Shown: piece after piece, positions 9,568-19,628 of the stretch
Numbering within the stretch: the first letter of the stretch is position 1
Layout: each line of letters opens with the position of its first letter
Source: an uncultured virus (IMG/VR IMGVR_UViG_3300020048_000095)
Lineage: Duplodnaviria; Heunggongvirae; Uroviricota; Caudoviricetes
Length of the DNA stretch: 64,000 nt
Virus record (IMG/VR): IMGVR_UViG_3300020048_000095
Reading direction: 5' to 3' (one strand)
Position numbers and translations under genes: made by a program
The notes under the pieces: generated by a model
What the model was told of the DNA's origin: nothing
Seen by the model: only the letters and a program-made list of their open reading frames with translations
Database searches by the model: none

Positions 9568-9586
9568 ATATTATCTATTGCTAGAC

Positions 9587-10453
9587 TTACGAACCAGCCG
9601 TTACCGTAACTTTCGCACAGGCATAGCTGTTGATTACTACGATACCGATTTCCTCGTATATGACCCATCCTAGCCGTAACTTCTTCGGGTCGTCCGCTGG
9701 CAGCACGGTGATGTCCTGACGAATCGGGAACGCACCAACGTATTCAGCAGGAGCAAGTAAGAACACTGTATCGGTAGGGCACTTAGAAGACACATGGATG
9801 TCCGCTGTGAACAAGTGACCAAACAAACCAGTCGTCAATACTTCTTTCTGAGTCGCTTCATCGTAAACAGTCTTACCGAAGTTACGAATGTCAGCATAAC
9901 GAAGAGCATGGCAAACAATCTTACCAACAGTCAAATCGTGCTGTTCGATTGTAGCAAACGCCTGATTCAACGCATGAAGAGTCAGCGTACCACCAGTAGA
10001 AACTACTGTATGAGCTGCATCAACAGACGCAAGAATCGCGTTGAAAATATTCAAATCCTCTTCCTTCTGGATCGCTTCTTTAGCCTTGATCTGCGCACGG
10101 TCTACGATGTAGAAACGGCGAGCTTTCACTTCTGAAAGTCTGATCGTTGGGTTAGTTGCAATTTCGAAAGTAGGAACAAGAATCTCTTCACCTTCTGTGA
10201 TCATATCTGGAACGGCACCTCTACGTGAAATCACGTGGGCTGTCGCTCTGACATCCTTCTCGTAACGTGCATAAGCGCCCTGAGGAAGCTCATCCACCAT
10301 CAGCAATTTACGTCCTACCGCCTGATACTCTAAAGCTCTGCGAATAGGCTCAACCATTGCTTGCGCCAATGCAACACGACCCTGTGGGGTATCAAGTGCT
10401 TGGGCAATCAAACTCTCTCTCTCAGCATTTACCGCTCTCTTGTCAATAGCCAT
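9587..10453 (-). CDS. major capsid protein (HK97-like fold inferred)
   Basis: Last gene of the portal-protease/scaffold-decoration-capsid order, strong AAGGAG RBS, own terminator. LAQAMVEPIRRALEY...RKLLMVDELPQGA...VPTFEIATNP resembles large-phage capsid proteins. Confidence 0.8.
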   Translation of the reverse strand: MAIDKRAVNAERESLIAQALDTPQGRVALAQAMVEPIRRALEYQAVGRKLLMVDELPQGAYARYEKDVRATAHVISRRGAVPDMITEGEEILVPTFEIATNPTIRLSEVKARRFYIVDRAQIKAKEAIQKEEDLNIFNAILASVDAAHTVVSTGGTLTLHALNQAFATIEQHDLTVGKIVCHALRYADIRNFGKTVYDEATQKEVLTTGLFGHLFTADIHVSSKCPTDTVFLLAPAEYVGAFPIRQDITVLPADDPKKLRLGWVIYEEIGIVVINSYACAKVTVTAGS

Positions 10454-10526
10454 TTTATTTTCTCCTTTAGTTGTTTTGCAGGGGATTCCTACAAAAAGAA
10501 CCTTTAATTTTAAATTAATTTGTCAA

Positions 10527-11045
10527 TTAAATGACAAGCTTAATCTCCACATAGTAGTTGCTTGCAGCCGCACCCGTAAGAGCAGCGTCACCGCTAACAT
10601 CAACACCAGGAACACCACTCATAACCATACCAGCAGGCTGAGTTAAACGAGCAACGATTCCAGATGACTGATCGTCGGATGTCTTAAGCATACCGCTAAC
10701 GGCATACAATGCAGCACCAACAGTCGCCGTAGCAACGCTCACGTCAAACATATCGGTTGCGAATTCACCACCGGAATGGTAAACCGTCATTTTACCAGAT
10801 GCCTTAGTCTCGTCAAAATAATCTGACGCTCTGTTCTGCCAACCCGCAACAATGCCGGGCATGGATGATGCGCTAGTTGACTTCGTGTCACCTGCGATAC
10901 CGTAAGGAATTGCACTTGCACCCGCACCTTGAATAACCACTTCGCCAGCGGTGTTCAAAGAAACGATCTGCCCTTCCTTAATAGTCTGACCAGTAGCAAC
11001 GGGTCTTTCAGCCGCTACAACATGATATTTTTCTATAAGAGCCAT
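10527..11045 (-). CDS. probable head decoration/cement protein
   Basis: 172-aa Ala/Gly-rich, beta-rich protein between scaffold and MCP, with strong RBS. Confidence 0.55.
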   Translation of the reverse strand: MALIEKYHVVAAERPVATGQTIKEGQIVSLNTAGEVVIQGAGASAIPYGIAGDTKSTSASSMPGIVAGWQNRASDYFDETKASGKMTVYHSGGEFATDMFDVSVATATVGAALYAVSGMLKTSDDQSSGIVARLTQPAGMVMSGVPGVDVSGDAALTGAAASNYYVEIKLVI

Positions 11046-11207
11046 TTTTGAATCTCCTTTTTTGTTAATTTTAATACACTTTCAATTGGCGATATTTTCA
11101 ATCAATTTTATTAAACTCAAATTATTACCGTCGCTTGCTTTCTTATCTTCTTCTGTTTATTACATTTCATTTTTATTTCTATAACTTTTCCAACTTTCAT
11201 AAACTCT

Positions 11208-11234
11208 ATTCTATAAAAGTATGTGAAACTCCTT
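11208..11234 (-). promoter_or_regulatory. AAGG-N19-GAAT promoter upstream of decoration and MCP (representative of 19 copies)
   Basis: AAGGAGTTTCACATACTTTTATAGAAT on the - strand, just downstream of the scaffold terminator. Confidence 0.7.
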
Positions 11235-11255
11235 TTTTTATTTTTATAAATTTAC

Positions 11256-11292
11256 AAAAAAAATCCCGTTCTAAAAAATAGAACGGGATTTT
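11256..11292 (-). terminator. intrinsic terminator after the protease/scaffold gene
   Basis: Stem AAAATCCCGTTCTA/TAGAACGGGATTTT plus U-run on the - strand. Confidence 0.8.
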
Positions 11293-11314
11293 AAATTCAG
11301 ATTATCGTCTAATC

Positions 11315-14300
11315 TTATTTTTCGCCATAAATCGTCAAGTCTTTATCGAATTTACTATTGCCGATTGTGAAAGAACTTGCCAATCTTGTTTGCAAATCAT
11401 CTCCACCAACGACTGGAACTGACTGTTGAACTATTGCAGGAATTGAATAGCCCTCTGAATTCTCCGTTTTAACAGATGCTTTTCGAACTGTTTTTTCAGG
11501 GAACATGCTACTTGCTACAACTGAAATATTATCAGCTTCGAAAGACATTAACGCTGTTACTACATTATCAAACGTAACTTTGTCGCTATCGATTCTATTG
11601 TTGGCAACTAACCAAGCCGCAGCCTGAACAGCTTCGTTTTTACGAGCTTGAGAAATCTTGTCAAGCTGGTTCTGACGCTTCTGCTGAACAGTCTTTAACA
11701 TCTCGCTATTAATTCCTGGCATATCTTTCTGCATTTCTTTTTCATGACCCATATATGAACTGTCTACGGGTACATCAAGAGCCTTTGTTGCAGGATTGAT
11801 ATTGTCAGCCCCTTCATTCCCCATTTCGGCATTTCCTCTTGGCACACTTGGTTTAGCCATAGGAACGTCAATATTATCAGCACCTTCATTTCCTAAAGTT
11901 GCCTTAGAACGTGGAACTTCTACGTTTCCATCTACGCTATCAACTTCCTTCAATTGCTTTGCCTCTTTGCGTAGAACCGCTAATATTGTTTCTTTTGACA
12001 CACCAGACGCTTTTGCAATCTTGCCAGCAATATCATCTGCTATGTTTGCAATAACAGTTCCTTTTATCTGGTTGTTGATTGCAGGCATCCCGCTTTGCAT
12101 TTCCTGTTCGTGACCCATGTAAGAATTTCCTACAGGGATATCCAGAGCCTTTGCTGCTGGATTGATATTATCGGCACCTTCATGACCCATTTCGGCATTT
12201 CCTCTTGGAACGCTTGGTTTAGCCATAGGAACATCAATATTATCAGCACCTTCGTTACGAATAGTTGCCTTAGAGCGTGGAACTCCAGCTTCAACATTAC
12301 CCTCTATGCTTTCAACCTTTTTCGGTGTACTTGCCATTTTGAAAACCTCCTCGTTTGTATGTCTAACTCTTCGCCCGTTCATGGCTAAAGCTATCTGTTT
12401 TTCTTGCGCTTCGTCAATAGAAGCTTCTTTTTCTAAACACTCTTCATCATCTTTGTCGCAATCTTTTTTCTTTTTCTTTCCGCCATCATCGTCTCCATCG
12501 TCTCCATCGTCTTCGTCAACTTCTACCTCAATGCACTCTTCCTTGGCTTCAACAACAATGAGATCGTTTTTAACTTCGGCTACAACAACTTCATTTTCGA
12601 TTTCAACTTCAACATCCATAAACTTAGCAGGAGGAACTAGCGTTGCTGAACCAATGTCAGCCTCTTCTGCCGCTGCCTTTTTCATCTGCTTCATTTTTAC
12701 TTTAGCCAACTTTTCAGCCTTCAAAGCGTCATCCAAACTAATTAAATCGGTAACTGTCAAATCTTTCTCCAGTCCCTTATCAATATCTTCTTTGAACGCC
12801 TGAACATATACATTGTCGGCAAGTTCAGATGCAAAACGTTTCTTGATACAATTGCAAAGAGCTTCGGCTTCTTTGAGATCATGACCTTCTTTCTTTGTCT
12901 GATCTTCTATGCATTCATCCCAAGGATCTTTTTCCAATGAAATTGCAGCGATACGATTCATTTGACGAATTTTTCTAAAGCCAAGTTTCTTTAACTGTCC
13001 GCATACGCATTCGGCCATAACTTTACCTTTGCATTCCCCGAAAGTCGCAACTGTATCGCCGCCGTATGTTCTAGCTAATCTTTCCATACATGCGCTCATT
13101 GGGAATTCATCAGCTTTTGCAGCGGCTGTTTTAAGCATCTTCGCGATTTTAACATCTGATGCAAATTTAGCCACAGATTCTTTGCATCCTTCGCAATTTT
13201 CGACATCAGGGAAAATATCCCATTTAACTCTTAAAACACCAACTTCAGGATTGCTTGCGCTAACCATGAAATCTTTCTCTACAGGCGTTCCGCAATTATC
13301 GCAAACGAATTCTGCATGTCCGTTTTCCTCTACAGAAGCCTTACGATGTGAAGCTCCGCAAGCAGGGCAAACGTGTCCATGTGCTTTCTTGTTGTTAGCG
13401 ATACGAACAATTGCATCCTTACCTAGATTGGTTTGAGCTGCAACTGGTAACGCTGGAACTTCAGGAGCCTCAGGAGTTTCAGGTGATTCAACGCCCTCTT
13501 CGCCAACGCTCTTAGTAGGCTTAATGATTTTGAATTCAACCGTTTTCTTGATTAAAGCTTCATATTCGGCAGTACAATTGTTGCACTTGCCTTTTATATT
13601 CCCAGCTTCATTAGTGACATCAACGTCTGTACTTCCGCATTCTGGGCATACCGTCCAAGGCATTTGTCTTTCGCCATCTGTAGGAATTTCGTTCATTCCT
13701 TCATCCGTTGACTCTTCGGCGGTGTCAGTTGTCAACGCCTGAATTGGATCTCCGCCCATAGGTGCTCCGCCAGGTAATCCTTGTTCTGGTGCAGCGGCTC
13801 CCGCAGGGGCTCCACCAACTCCGCCACCCATTGGAGATTGAGCTGACCGTTTCATCTTGCTACCTTTTTTTGAGGAAGCCCATGATTGCTGTCCGCCACC
13901 CAATGTTTGCTCAAGTCCTTCGCCAGACATATCGCCTTCTGGAACGTCACCTTCTGGCATAGTAGGTTCGCCGCCGATAGGAATCTCAGTTGTTCCGCTT
14001 CCAGTATCGATATTAACTTCATTTTCTTCAGTACCAGTCTGAACAGCGATTTGGATTGTGTCGCCGCTTATAGTTACGTTTGTGATAGAAGCAAGACGAA
14101 GATTCTGAGAAGCTAGCGCACCTTTGGTAAATGCAACTATTTCTTTCTTGAATCCAACGTCCGTTTGCTTTGCGCCTAATTCATCAAAGGAAGTTTCAAT
14201 TACGGTATCGGCAGATCCAAGTGATTTAGGATTTAAAATTTCTTCTTTTTCATCCTTAATTGAAGCCATCAACTTTTTTCTTTCTACATCTCTGCTTTTC

Positions 14301-17300
14301 TTGGCAGCTTCAACGGTATTTTTTTTTGATTGCAATGCCGCTCTCAATTCGTCCTTACGGCTAGCTTTTGCAACAACCGTCTCTCTAGAACTAGCTAACT
14401 GGACTTCAATTTCAGAAGAAACGCTATCAATCCCGTCTTGACCTTCAGAAACAACATCGACTGCATCAATCAACACATCTGGATTGTAAGTTTCATCAGA
14501 TGCGAAAGAGCGTAAACCGTCAACTATAACTTCAGCTATCTCTTTAGTTCCAGCAGAAGCGACCTTAAGATTCTTATTCTGCCAGAAAGCAACTCTCTTG
14601 GCATAATTAATATCTTCTTTAGCCTTTGCGCCCTCGACAAGAGAAACGCCTAAGTTATAGCGATTTTCCAATGAATCAACCAAAGATGCAGCAACCGTGC
14701 AAGCCTCATCTGGTGTGCAACCTGTTTTAATAGCTGAAGAAGCTAAAACGCTCAATACTGATTTCATATGGTCAGATGCACTCTTAAACTGAGAAGCATC
14801 GCGTTTCGCAGCTCTAGCCCAAGGAGCAGAAGTGGAATTCAACTGATTCTCAATAGTTGTATTGGGTTCGTTATTTACGCGGAATTCGTCTAACTGTTTT
14901 TGAGTAGTAGAGTGAATGTCTGAATTTTCACGTAAACTATCTAATTGATTTTCCTGAACGCGATCAACTTCCGCATTGGTTCTAGGATGATGTTTGATTC
15001 CATCGTTCAATTGGTTTTCGGTAAGAACTTCTGGATCGTTGCCGGTACGCTTGCTCTCTAATTGCTTTTGAATTGTTGAATGCGTATCGGTGTTCGTTCT
15101 AGGATGATAAATATCAGAACGATCCAATTGTGCTTCCTGAACTCTGTCTGGAGTCCCTTGTACTGTTGCAGCTCCCGCTTTCTTACTAATATCACTCATC
15201 TTTTTTACTCCTTCTTTTTGTTTATGTAAATTGTTCGCAAAGTTTTCCAATAGTTTAATCGCAGCATCTTGTGGCGACTCCATTATTTCATTCCGTTCAT
15301 CATCCGTCAAATCCTCATAAGTCCAAACCTTAGTTGCGTCAGAGCTTTTATCTTCAGCAACAATAATAAAAGAATCATCTCTTTTATTAACTGATAAACG
15401 ATGTTCATTGTTTTGTATTGATGGTACTTGTTTTATATACTCGAAAAAGGATTGTTTTTCCTTCCACGAATTTGATAAAATTTTAATTGCCTGTTCTTTT
15501 TGTTGTTGTTTCTCTGCGACCGTACGTCTTGAGCCCATTTCTATGTCTCCTATTTTGTTTAACTTTTCACAAATATCAAAAGCATTTCTTATAATTTTTT
15601 GTCCATTTGCAATTCTTTTGTTTACTATGTATTTACTATCATCAACATTCTTCTCAACTATAACATCTGAAATACGCTGAATAGAACGACTATCTGAAAC
15701 ATTAGAGGTTCTAGGCTTTACTGGCGCGGTTATCGGTAATCTAGGTGCAGATGTTGACGGTTTAATAGGTGAACCAGATACGCTACCAACATTAGTTCCA
15801 GTTTCTGAAGCGACTGGAGTAGGTGCTGGCATTCCTTGAGGCATCCCTTGAGGCGCACCTTGAGGCATAGGTGGTTCTGCTGCTGGAACCTCTCCACCCT
15901 CTTCCATATTGCCAACAGTACCTGGAACTTGACTATTGCCTTCAATATTTCCATAACCAGCGCCAATAAGTTCTTCAAGCCACGTTTGTAAATCTGACAT
16001 AATCTGAACTAAGTCGCTTGAAAATTCCATTTCAACTTGTTTTCTGTTTTGAATAAGACTAACGGCGATTTGCTCTAAAGTAGTCAAACATTGTTCAATT
16101 TGGTCTACTTCTTCTTGACTTGCTTTTTTCTCAATAGCTGCCGTTCTAACCATACGGAATTCATTTTCCATTCTTGCAACTTTAGCCATATAATTTTCAT
16201 TAGGGATAATACCTTGGATATGGCAACTAGGACAAGCTGGATCTACAACGGCACTAAGTTCGATAAATTTAAGACCATGATTGTATTCAAATACGGTTTC
16301 ATCTCTAAAGTCTTTTTCTTCTCCAGTAACGACATTACGTGCTCTTCCTGTAAATTTTCTACCCTTTCTATTACGTATATGGGCGCAGTAATCCTCAGTT
16401 CGCTCCGCACGGTTGCCGCATATATTACAGCAACTATATTCAACTGAGCAATTATGGACATATATATCGTCAGCAATATAACACTCATCGTTTTCAACCG
16501 TCAAATCATATGTCAATTCATCACTTTTAGTTATTATGATTTTTTTAACAACCAAAGTTTCATATTCAATATTTTCTTTAGACGAACGCGAAACGATAAC
16601 GTCTCCTATTTCTATATCTTGCGACTCAATAAAACCGATTTCTCCAACTTTAACGTTAAATTCACTAACATTTTGTTTTTTAACGCACATAATTGGATGA
16701 TTAAAAGAAAACACAGGGCAATCATGCGGAGTATCAAATTCAAATTGATATAAATTAGTGTCTAATGGTTTTGCATACTTCTCTATAACTTTCTGCTTGT
16801 TACCATAAGGCGTCAACACATAATCGCCCTTAACAACATTTTTAATAGTTTTTTTAGAACCGTCTGCCATAGTAATGAGAGCGTCACCCAACATTGATCC
16901 CATGGAGACCCCTGTTACATACTCTTCCTCAATTGAACGGCAAATATGTGGATAAGCATCTCTATCTATAAAGCAGATTGTATAAACAGCTTCTTCTTCT
17001 GGAATCCACTCTGCGAAAATAACTTTACCTCTTGCGTTCTCAACATTTTGATTGTCATGATTTGTAAAAAATGGAACGCCTTCGAAACTTTTATAAGATG
17101 ATTTTAGTTCTTCAGTTGAAAAATAATCGCCATTTGAATTCGGACAATTTGCTTCAATAGCTTTAGCACGAAAGAATAAAGCATTAGGATGTTTTTTAAT
17201 TTCGGCTTCAACAATTCTTGCTTTATCACTACCTGGTTCAATCATAACGCGACCAGAAGCAGTGCGCATCATTCTATTCCCATCTTCTTTTTCTTTTATA

Positions 17301-17347
17301 AGTGGATTAATATCCGTAAATTTAAAAGATGCTTTTTTAGCTATCAT
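11315..17347 (-). CDS. prohead maturation protease fused to a very large scaffold/inner-head region; contains an intein
   Basis: N-terminal PNSNGDYF, FTNH, ARGKV, GVSMG|intein|C, FIELSAV..PA (herpes/HK97-like protease motifs), then coiled-coil, acidic, CxxC and repeat regions; lies upstream of the capsid genes. Confidence 0.8.
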   Translation of the reverse strand: MIAKKASFKFTDINPLIKEKEDGNRMMRTASGRVMIEPGSDKARIVEAEIKKHPNALFFRAKAIEANCPNSNGDYFSTEELKSSYKSFEGVPFFTNHDNQNVENARGKVIFAEWIPEEEAVYTICFIDRDAYPHICRSIEEEYVTGVSMGSMLGDALITMADGSKKTIKNVVKGDYVLTPYGNKQKVIEKYAKPLDTNLYQFEFDTPHDCPVFSFNHPIMCVKKQNVSEFNVKVGEIGFIESQDIEIGDVIVSRSSKENIEYETLVVKKIIITKSDELTYDLTVENDECYIADDIYVHNCSVEYSCCNICGNRAERTEDYCAHIRNRKGRKFTGRARNVVTGEEKDFRDETVFEYNHGLKFIELSAVVDPACPSCHIQGIIPNENYMAKVARMENEFRMVRTAAIEKKASQEEVDQIEQCLTTLEQIAVSLIQNRKQVEMEFSSDLVQIMSDLQTWLEELIGAGYGNIEGNSQVPGTVGNMEEGGEVPAAEPPMPQGAPQGMPQGMPAPTPVASETGTNVGSVSGSPIKPSTSAPRLPITAPVKPRTSNVSDSRSIQRISDVIVEKNVDDSKYIVNKRIANGQKIIRNAFDICEKLNKIGDIEMGSRRTVAEKQQQKEQAIKILSNSWKEKQSFFEYIKQVPSIQNNEHRLSVNKRDDSFIIVAEDKSSDATKVWTYEDLTDDERNEIMESPQDAAIKLLENFANNLHKQKEGVKKMSDISKKAGAATVQGTPDRVQEAQLDRSDIYHPRTNTDTHSTIQKQLESKRTGNDPEVLTENQLNDGIKHHPRTNAEVDRVQENQLDSLRENSDIHSTTQKQLDEFRVNNEPNTTIENQLNSTSAPWARAAKRDASQFKSASDHMKSVLSVLASSAIKTGCTPDEACTVAASLVDSLENRYNLGVSLVEGAKAKEDINYAKRVAFWQNKNLKVASAGTKEIAEVIVDGLRSFASDETYNPDVLIDAVDVVSEGQDGIDSVSSEIEVQLASSRETVVAKASRKDELRAALQSKKNTVEAAKKSRDVERKKLMASIKDEKEEILNPKSLGSADTVIETSFDELGAKQTDVGFKKEIVAFTKGALASQNLRLASITNVTISGDTIQIAVQTGTEENEVNIDTGSGTTEIPIGGEPTMPEGDVPEGDMSGEGLEQTLGGGQQSWASSKKGSKMKRSAQSPMGGGVGGAPAGAAAPEQGLPGGAPMGGDPIQALTTDTAEESTDEGMNEIPTDGERQMPWTVCPECGSTDVDVTNEAGNIKGKCNNCTAEYEALIKKTVEFKIIKPTKSVGEEGVESPETPEAPEVPALPVAAQTNLGKDAIVRIANNKKAHGHVCPACGASHRKASVEENGHAEFVCDNCGTPVEKDFMVSASNPEVGVLRVKWDIFPDVENCEGCKESVAKFASDVKIAKMLKTAAAKADEFPMSACMERLARTYGGDTVATFGECKGKVMAECVCGQLKKLGFRKIRQMNRIAAISLEKDPWDECIEDQTKKEGHDLKEAEALCNCIKKRFASELADNVYVQAFKEDIDKGLEKDLTVTDLISLDDALKAEKLAKVKMKQMKKAAAEEADIGSATLVPPAKFMDVEVEIENEVVVAEVKNDLIVVEAKEECIEVEVDEDDGDDGDDDGGKKKKKDCDKDDEECLEKEASIDEAQEKQIALAMNGRRVRHTNEEVFKMASTPKKVESIEGNVEAGVPRSKATIRNEGADNIDVPMAKPSVPRGNAEMGHEGADNINPAAKALDIPVGNSYMGHEQEMQSGMPAINNQIKGTVIANIADDIAGKIAKASGVSKETILAVLRKEAKQLKEVDSVDGNVEVPRSKATLGNEGADNIDVPMAKPSVPRGNAEMGNEGADNINPATKALDVPVDSSYMGHEKEMQKDMPGINSEMLKTVQQKRQNQLDKISQARKNEAVQAAAWLVANNRIDSDKVTFDNVVTALMSFEADNISVVASSMFPEKTVRKASVKTENSEGYSIPAIVQQSVPVVGGDDLQTRLASSFTIGNSKFDKDLTIYGEK
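11708..12283 (-). repeat. two 210-bp (70-aa) copies in the scaffold C-terminus
   Basis: VPRSKAT..NEGADNIDVPMAKPSVPRGNAEMG.EGADNINPA.KALD.PV..SYMGHE.EMQ..MP.IN at 12074-12283 and 11708-11917. Confidence 0.9.
16451..16897 (-). mobile_element. mini-intein (149 aa) in the prohead protease
   Basis: Begins SMLGDALITMADG after VSMG and ends TYDLTVENDECYIADDIYVHN|C; no endonuclease motifs. Confidence 0.9.
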
Positions 17348-17350
17348 AAT

Positions 17351-19183
17351 TTAAAACCTTTTGTATTTGTTAATTATTTGATTGATATTCGAGGAAACCT
17401 TATCAAAACCCTTTTTATTAAGATCTTGTGATAAGATTTGCAATTTATTAATTATTTTAGCCATAACTTCGGCTTCTTGATTTTCTGGGAGCAATGTTTC
17501 CTCTACATTATTAATAGGCATTGGTTTTGGTTTTGCATTCTTTCTTGGAACTCTGAGTCTAGGCATTGGTTTTGGAATAGAATCTATAACAGGTTCAGGG
17601 ATTGATTCGGGAATTGGTTCAGGGATTGATTTAACTGGCTCCTTTGTTATATTAATGTCTTCAATATCTGGTTCATCAATAAACTCAACATTTTCAGTCT
17701 CTACTAAATCATTGTCTGGCGAAATATCTTCATCGCTTACAGAATCTTTTTTATCCCATTCAATAGGTTCACCATTCCGCATCTTTGTTAAATCTTCACT
17801 AGTTATATTTTGTTGATAAGTTTTTTCAAGCACAGACGGAACTGTATTTATCTTTGCACCAGTAACGGGATCTATTTCATCACTTTTTGATTCTGCAACA
17901 CGTAAAGAAGCAAAATTCAACGCCGTTTCCATATCGTCGAAACCAGCAGCAGGATTATTCTTTGCATCAACGGCATTTATACTATCTATAAAAAACTGCG
18001 ACGTTTCAGAATAACTCATTACTCCATCAACATTGCCGTATTGGTCTTTTTTCTCTCTAAACGATTGTATGTTACTTATCCAATTTGCAACAATTTCAGG
18101 AGTAAAAGTTCCTTGCGCTCTTTTTGAAGAACCGACTCGATTGGAATTTAAAGATTGTGCAACAACAGATGGGTCTTCGCTACCAACTTTATCTATTGTC
18201 AAACAAATTTCAGACATAAGCTTTAATAATGATACTTGTTCAGGCGATTTACCTAACGCCTCTGGTTGCTGTGTTCCGGTAACTCTAGGCTCCACGATTG
18301 ATAATGGCGTAATCGGATTAACTGCCGCAAACGCTTCCGATACTCTTTTCATAAAACCCATATTATTATTTACTTCACTTTCTATATCTTCTTCTGCAAT
18401 TCCCATCTGAGATGCCATTGTGATAATAATATTCTTCAATTGTTCTGTTTGACCATCTTTCCTAGCTAAACTATACAATACTTTGAAAACTCCACTTGGC
18501 TTCATTTGCAATTTGCTAGCCAATCCCAAAACAGGTCTGATTACTGGGTCTCTTGATTCTTCAATTGATTTTTGATAATCATTCTTTTCCAAAAAATCTT
18601 TATTTATATCAATAAAGTCGTATACCTCACCCCAAGCGCCTTTCTTATCGTTTTTCTTATGTCTTACCGTCAAAGTGAAATCTTCTGGAGAAACAATGGA
18701 AGTTAAATTTTCAACCCCTAAATGATTAAGCACGGGCTCTAACTGTTTATTTCTTTTACTAGAATAATTTTTAACAAGATTTACTACGTTTTTACTATCT
18801 GTGCTTGGAAATCTTTGAGTGAAATAACCAAATTTATTCTCTTCGTCAGCTTGCTTTGCCCCAACATATGGACCAACGCCAACCATATAAGCCCCATAAG
18901 CAGGATGATAACCAACATAAACATTATAAAATTGCTTAACTTGTTGTTCACTTAAATTATATCTCTCTTGAAACTTTTCACTATAGCCTTCGTAAGCCGC
19001 TTTAACCGCATACATTGTCCTAGATAAAGATGGGTTAGAAGATTCCAACTCCTTCCATCTCGGATTAGAACCACTCAATATGCTATCCATAGTAAACCAT
19101 TCATATTGAGGACGGTATCTTTGCCAATCTGTTCCAACGGCATTGCGATATAAGTTAAAGATATGTTTATTCTGATTCTTCAT
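17351..19183 (-). CDS. hypothetical head-module protein
   Basis: Long ORF, probable start MKNQNK at 19183; acidic and Pro-rich C-terminal third. Confidence 0.7.
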   Translation of the reverse strand: MKNQNKHIFNLYRNAVGTDWQRYRPQYEWFTMDSILSGSNPRWKELESSNPSLSRTMYAVKAAYEGYSEKFQERYNLSEQQVKQFYNVYVGYHPAYGAYMVGVGPYVGAKQADEENKFGYFTQRFPSTDSKNVVNLVKNYSSKRNKQLEPVLNHLGVENLTSIVSPEDFTLTVRHKKNDKKGAWGEVYDFIDINKDFLEKNDYQKSIEESRDPVIRPVLGLASKLQMKPSGVFKVLYSLARKDGQTEQLKNIIITMASQMGIAEEDIESEVNNNMGFMKRVSEAFAAVNPITPLSIVEPRVTGTQQPEALGKSPEQVSLLKLMSEICLTIDKVGSEDPSVVAQSLNSNRVGSSKRAQGTFTPEIVANWISNIQSFREKKDQYGNVDGVMSYSETSQFFIDSINAVDAKNNPAAGFDDMETALNFASLRVAESKSDEIDPVTGAKINTVPSVLEKTYQQNITSEDLTKMRNGEPIEWDKKDSVSDEDISPDNDLVETENVEFIDEPDIEDINITKEPVKSIPEPIPESIPEPVIDSIPKPMPRLRVPRKNAKPKPMPINNVEETLLPENQEAEVMAKIINKLQILSQDLNKKGFDKVSSNINQIINKYKRF

Positions 19184-19574
19184 TTTTCTCTCTCCACTCT
19201 TCAACCCTCTTACTAATTCCAAATAATTGAGATGACGTATATGGCTTTAATTCCTTAGGCGTATCAACCCCCCACGTCTCACTAGCATAACGAGCCGCCG
19301 CATCCATACTGTCAAAATACTTACCGCCAGCAGAAAATGTAGCAGGCAATCTACGAACGCCAGCAAAGAACTTAGCTCTCGGTTGATGAACTTTTGCAGG
19401 ACCAATAATACAATAATAACTTATATTCTCGTCCGAAGTCCCCTCAAACCTAAAATAACTGCCAGGTCCAACCACCTCTTCAAACATTTCCTTAAGAAAA
19501 CCAGTCTTTTGAGTATAGACCTCTTGCCAGTCAATATGCTTCTCAACTAATTTTTCTCTTGCTGTTTTTTCCAT
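19167..19574 (-). CDS. hypothetical protein
   Basis: Probable start MEKTAR after GGAG; AAGG-N19-GAAA motif at 19594-19620. Confidence 0.7.
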   Translation of the reverse strand: MEKTAREKLVEKHIDWQEVYTQKTGFLKEMFEEVVGPGSYFRFEGTSDENISYYCIIGPAKVHQPRAKFFAGVRRLPATFSAGGKYFDSMDAAARYASETWGVDTPKELKPYTSSQLFGISKRVEEWREKNEESE

Positions 19575-19628
19575 AATTAAACTCCACAATTATTTTCACA
19601 ATAATCAATGAAGTTCCCTTTTTTATTG

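Noticed and set aside
9587..11045. Bacterial encapsulin operon instead of a phage capsid
   Set aside because: Terminase, portal-like and prohead-protease genes in the same module indicate a tailed-phage head.
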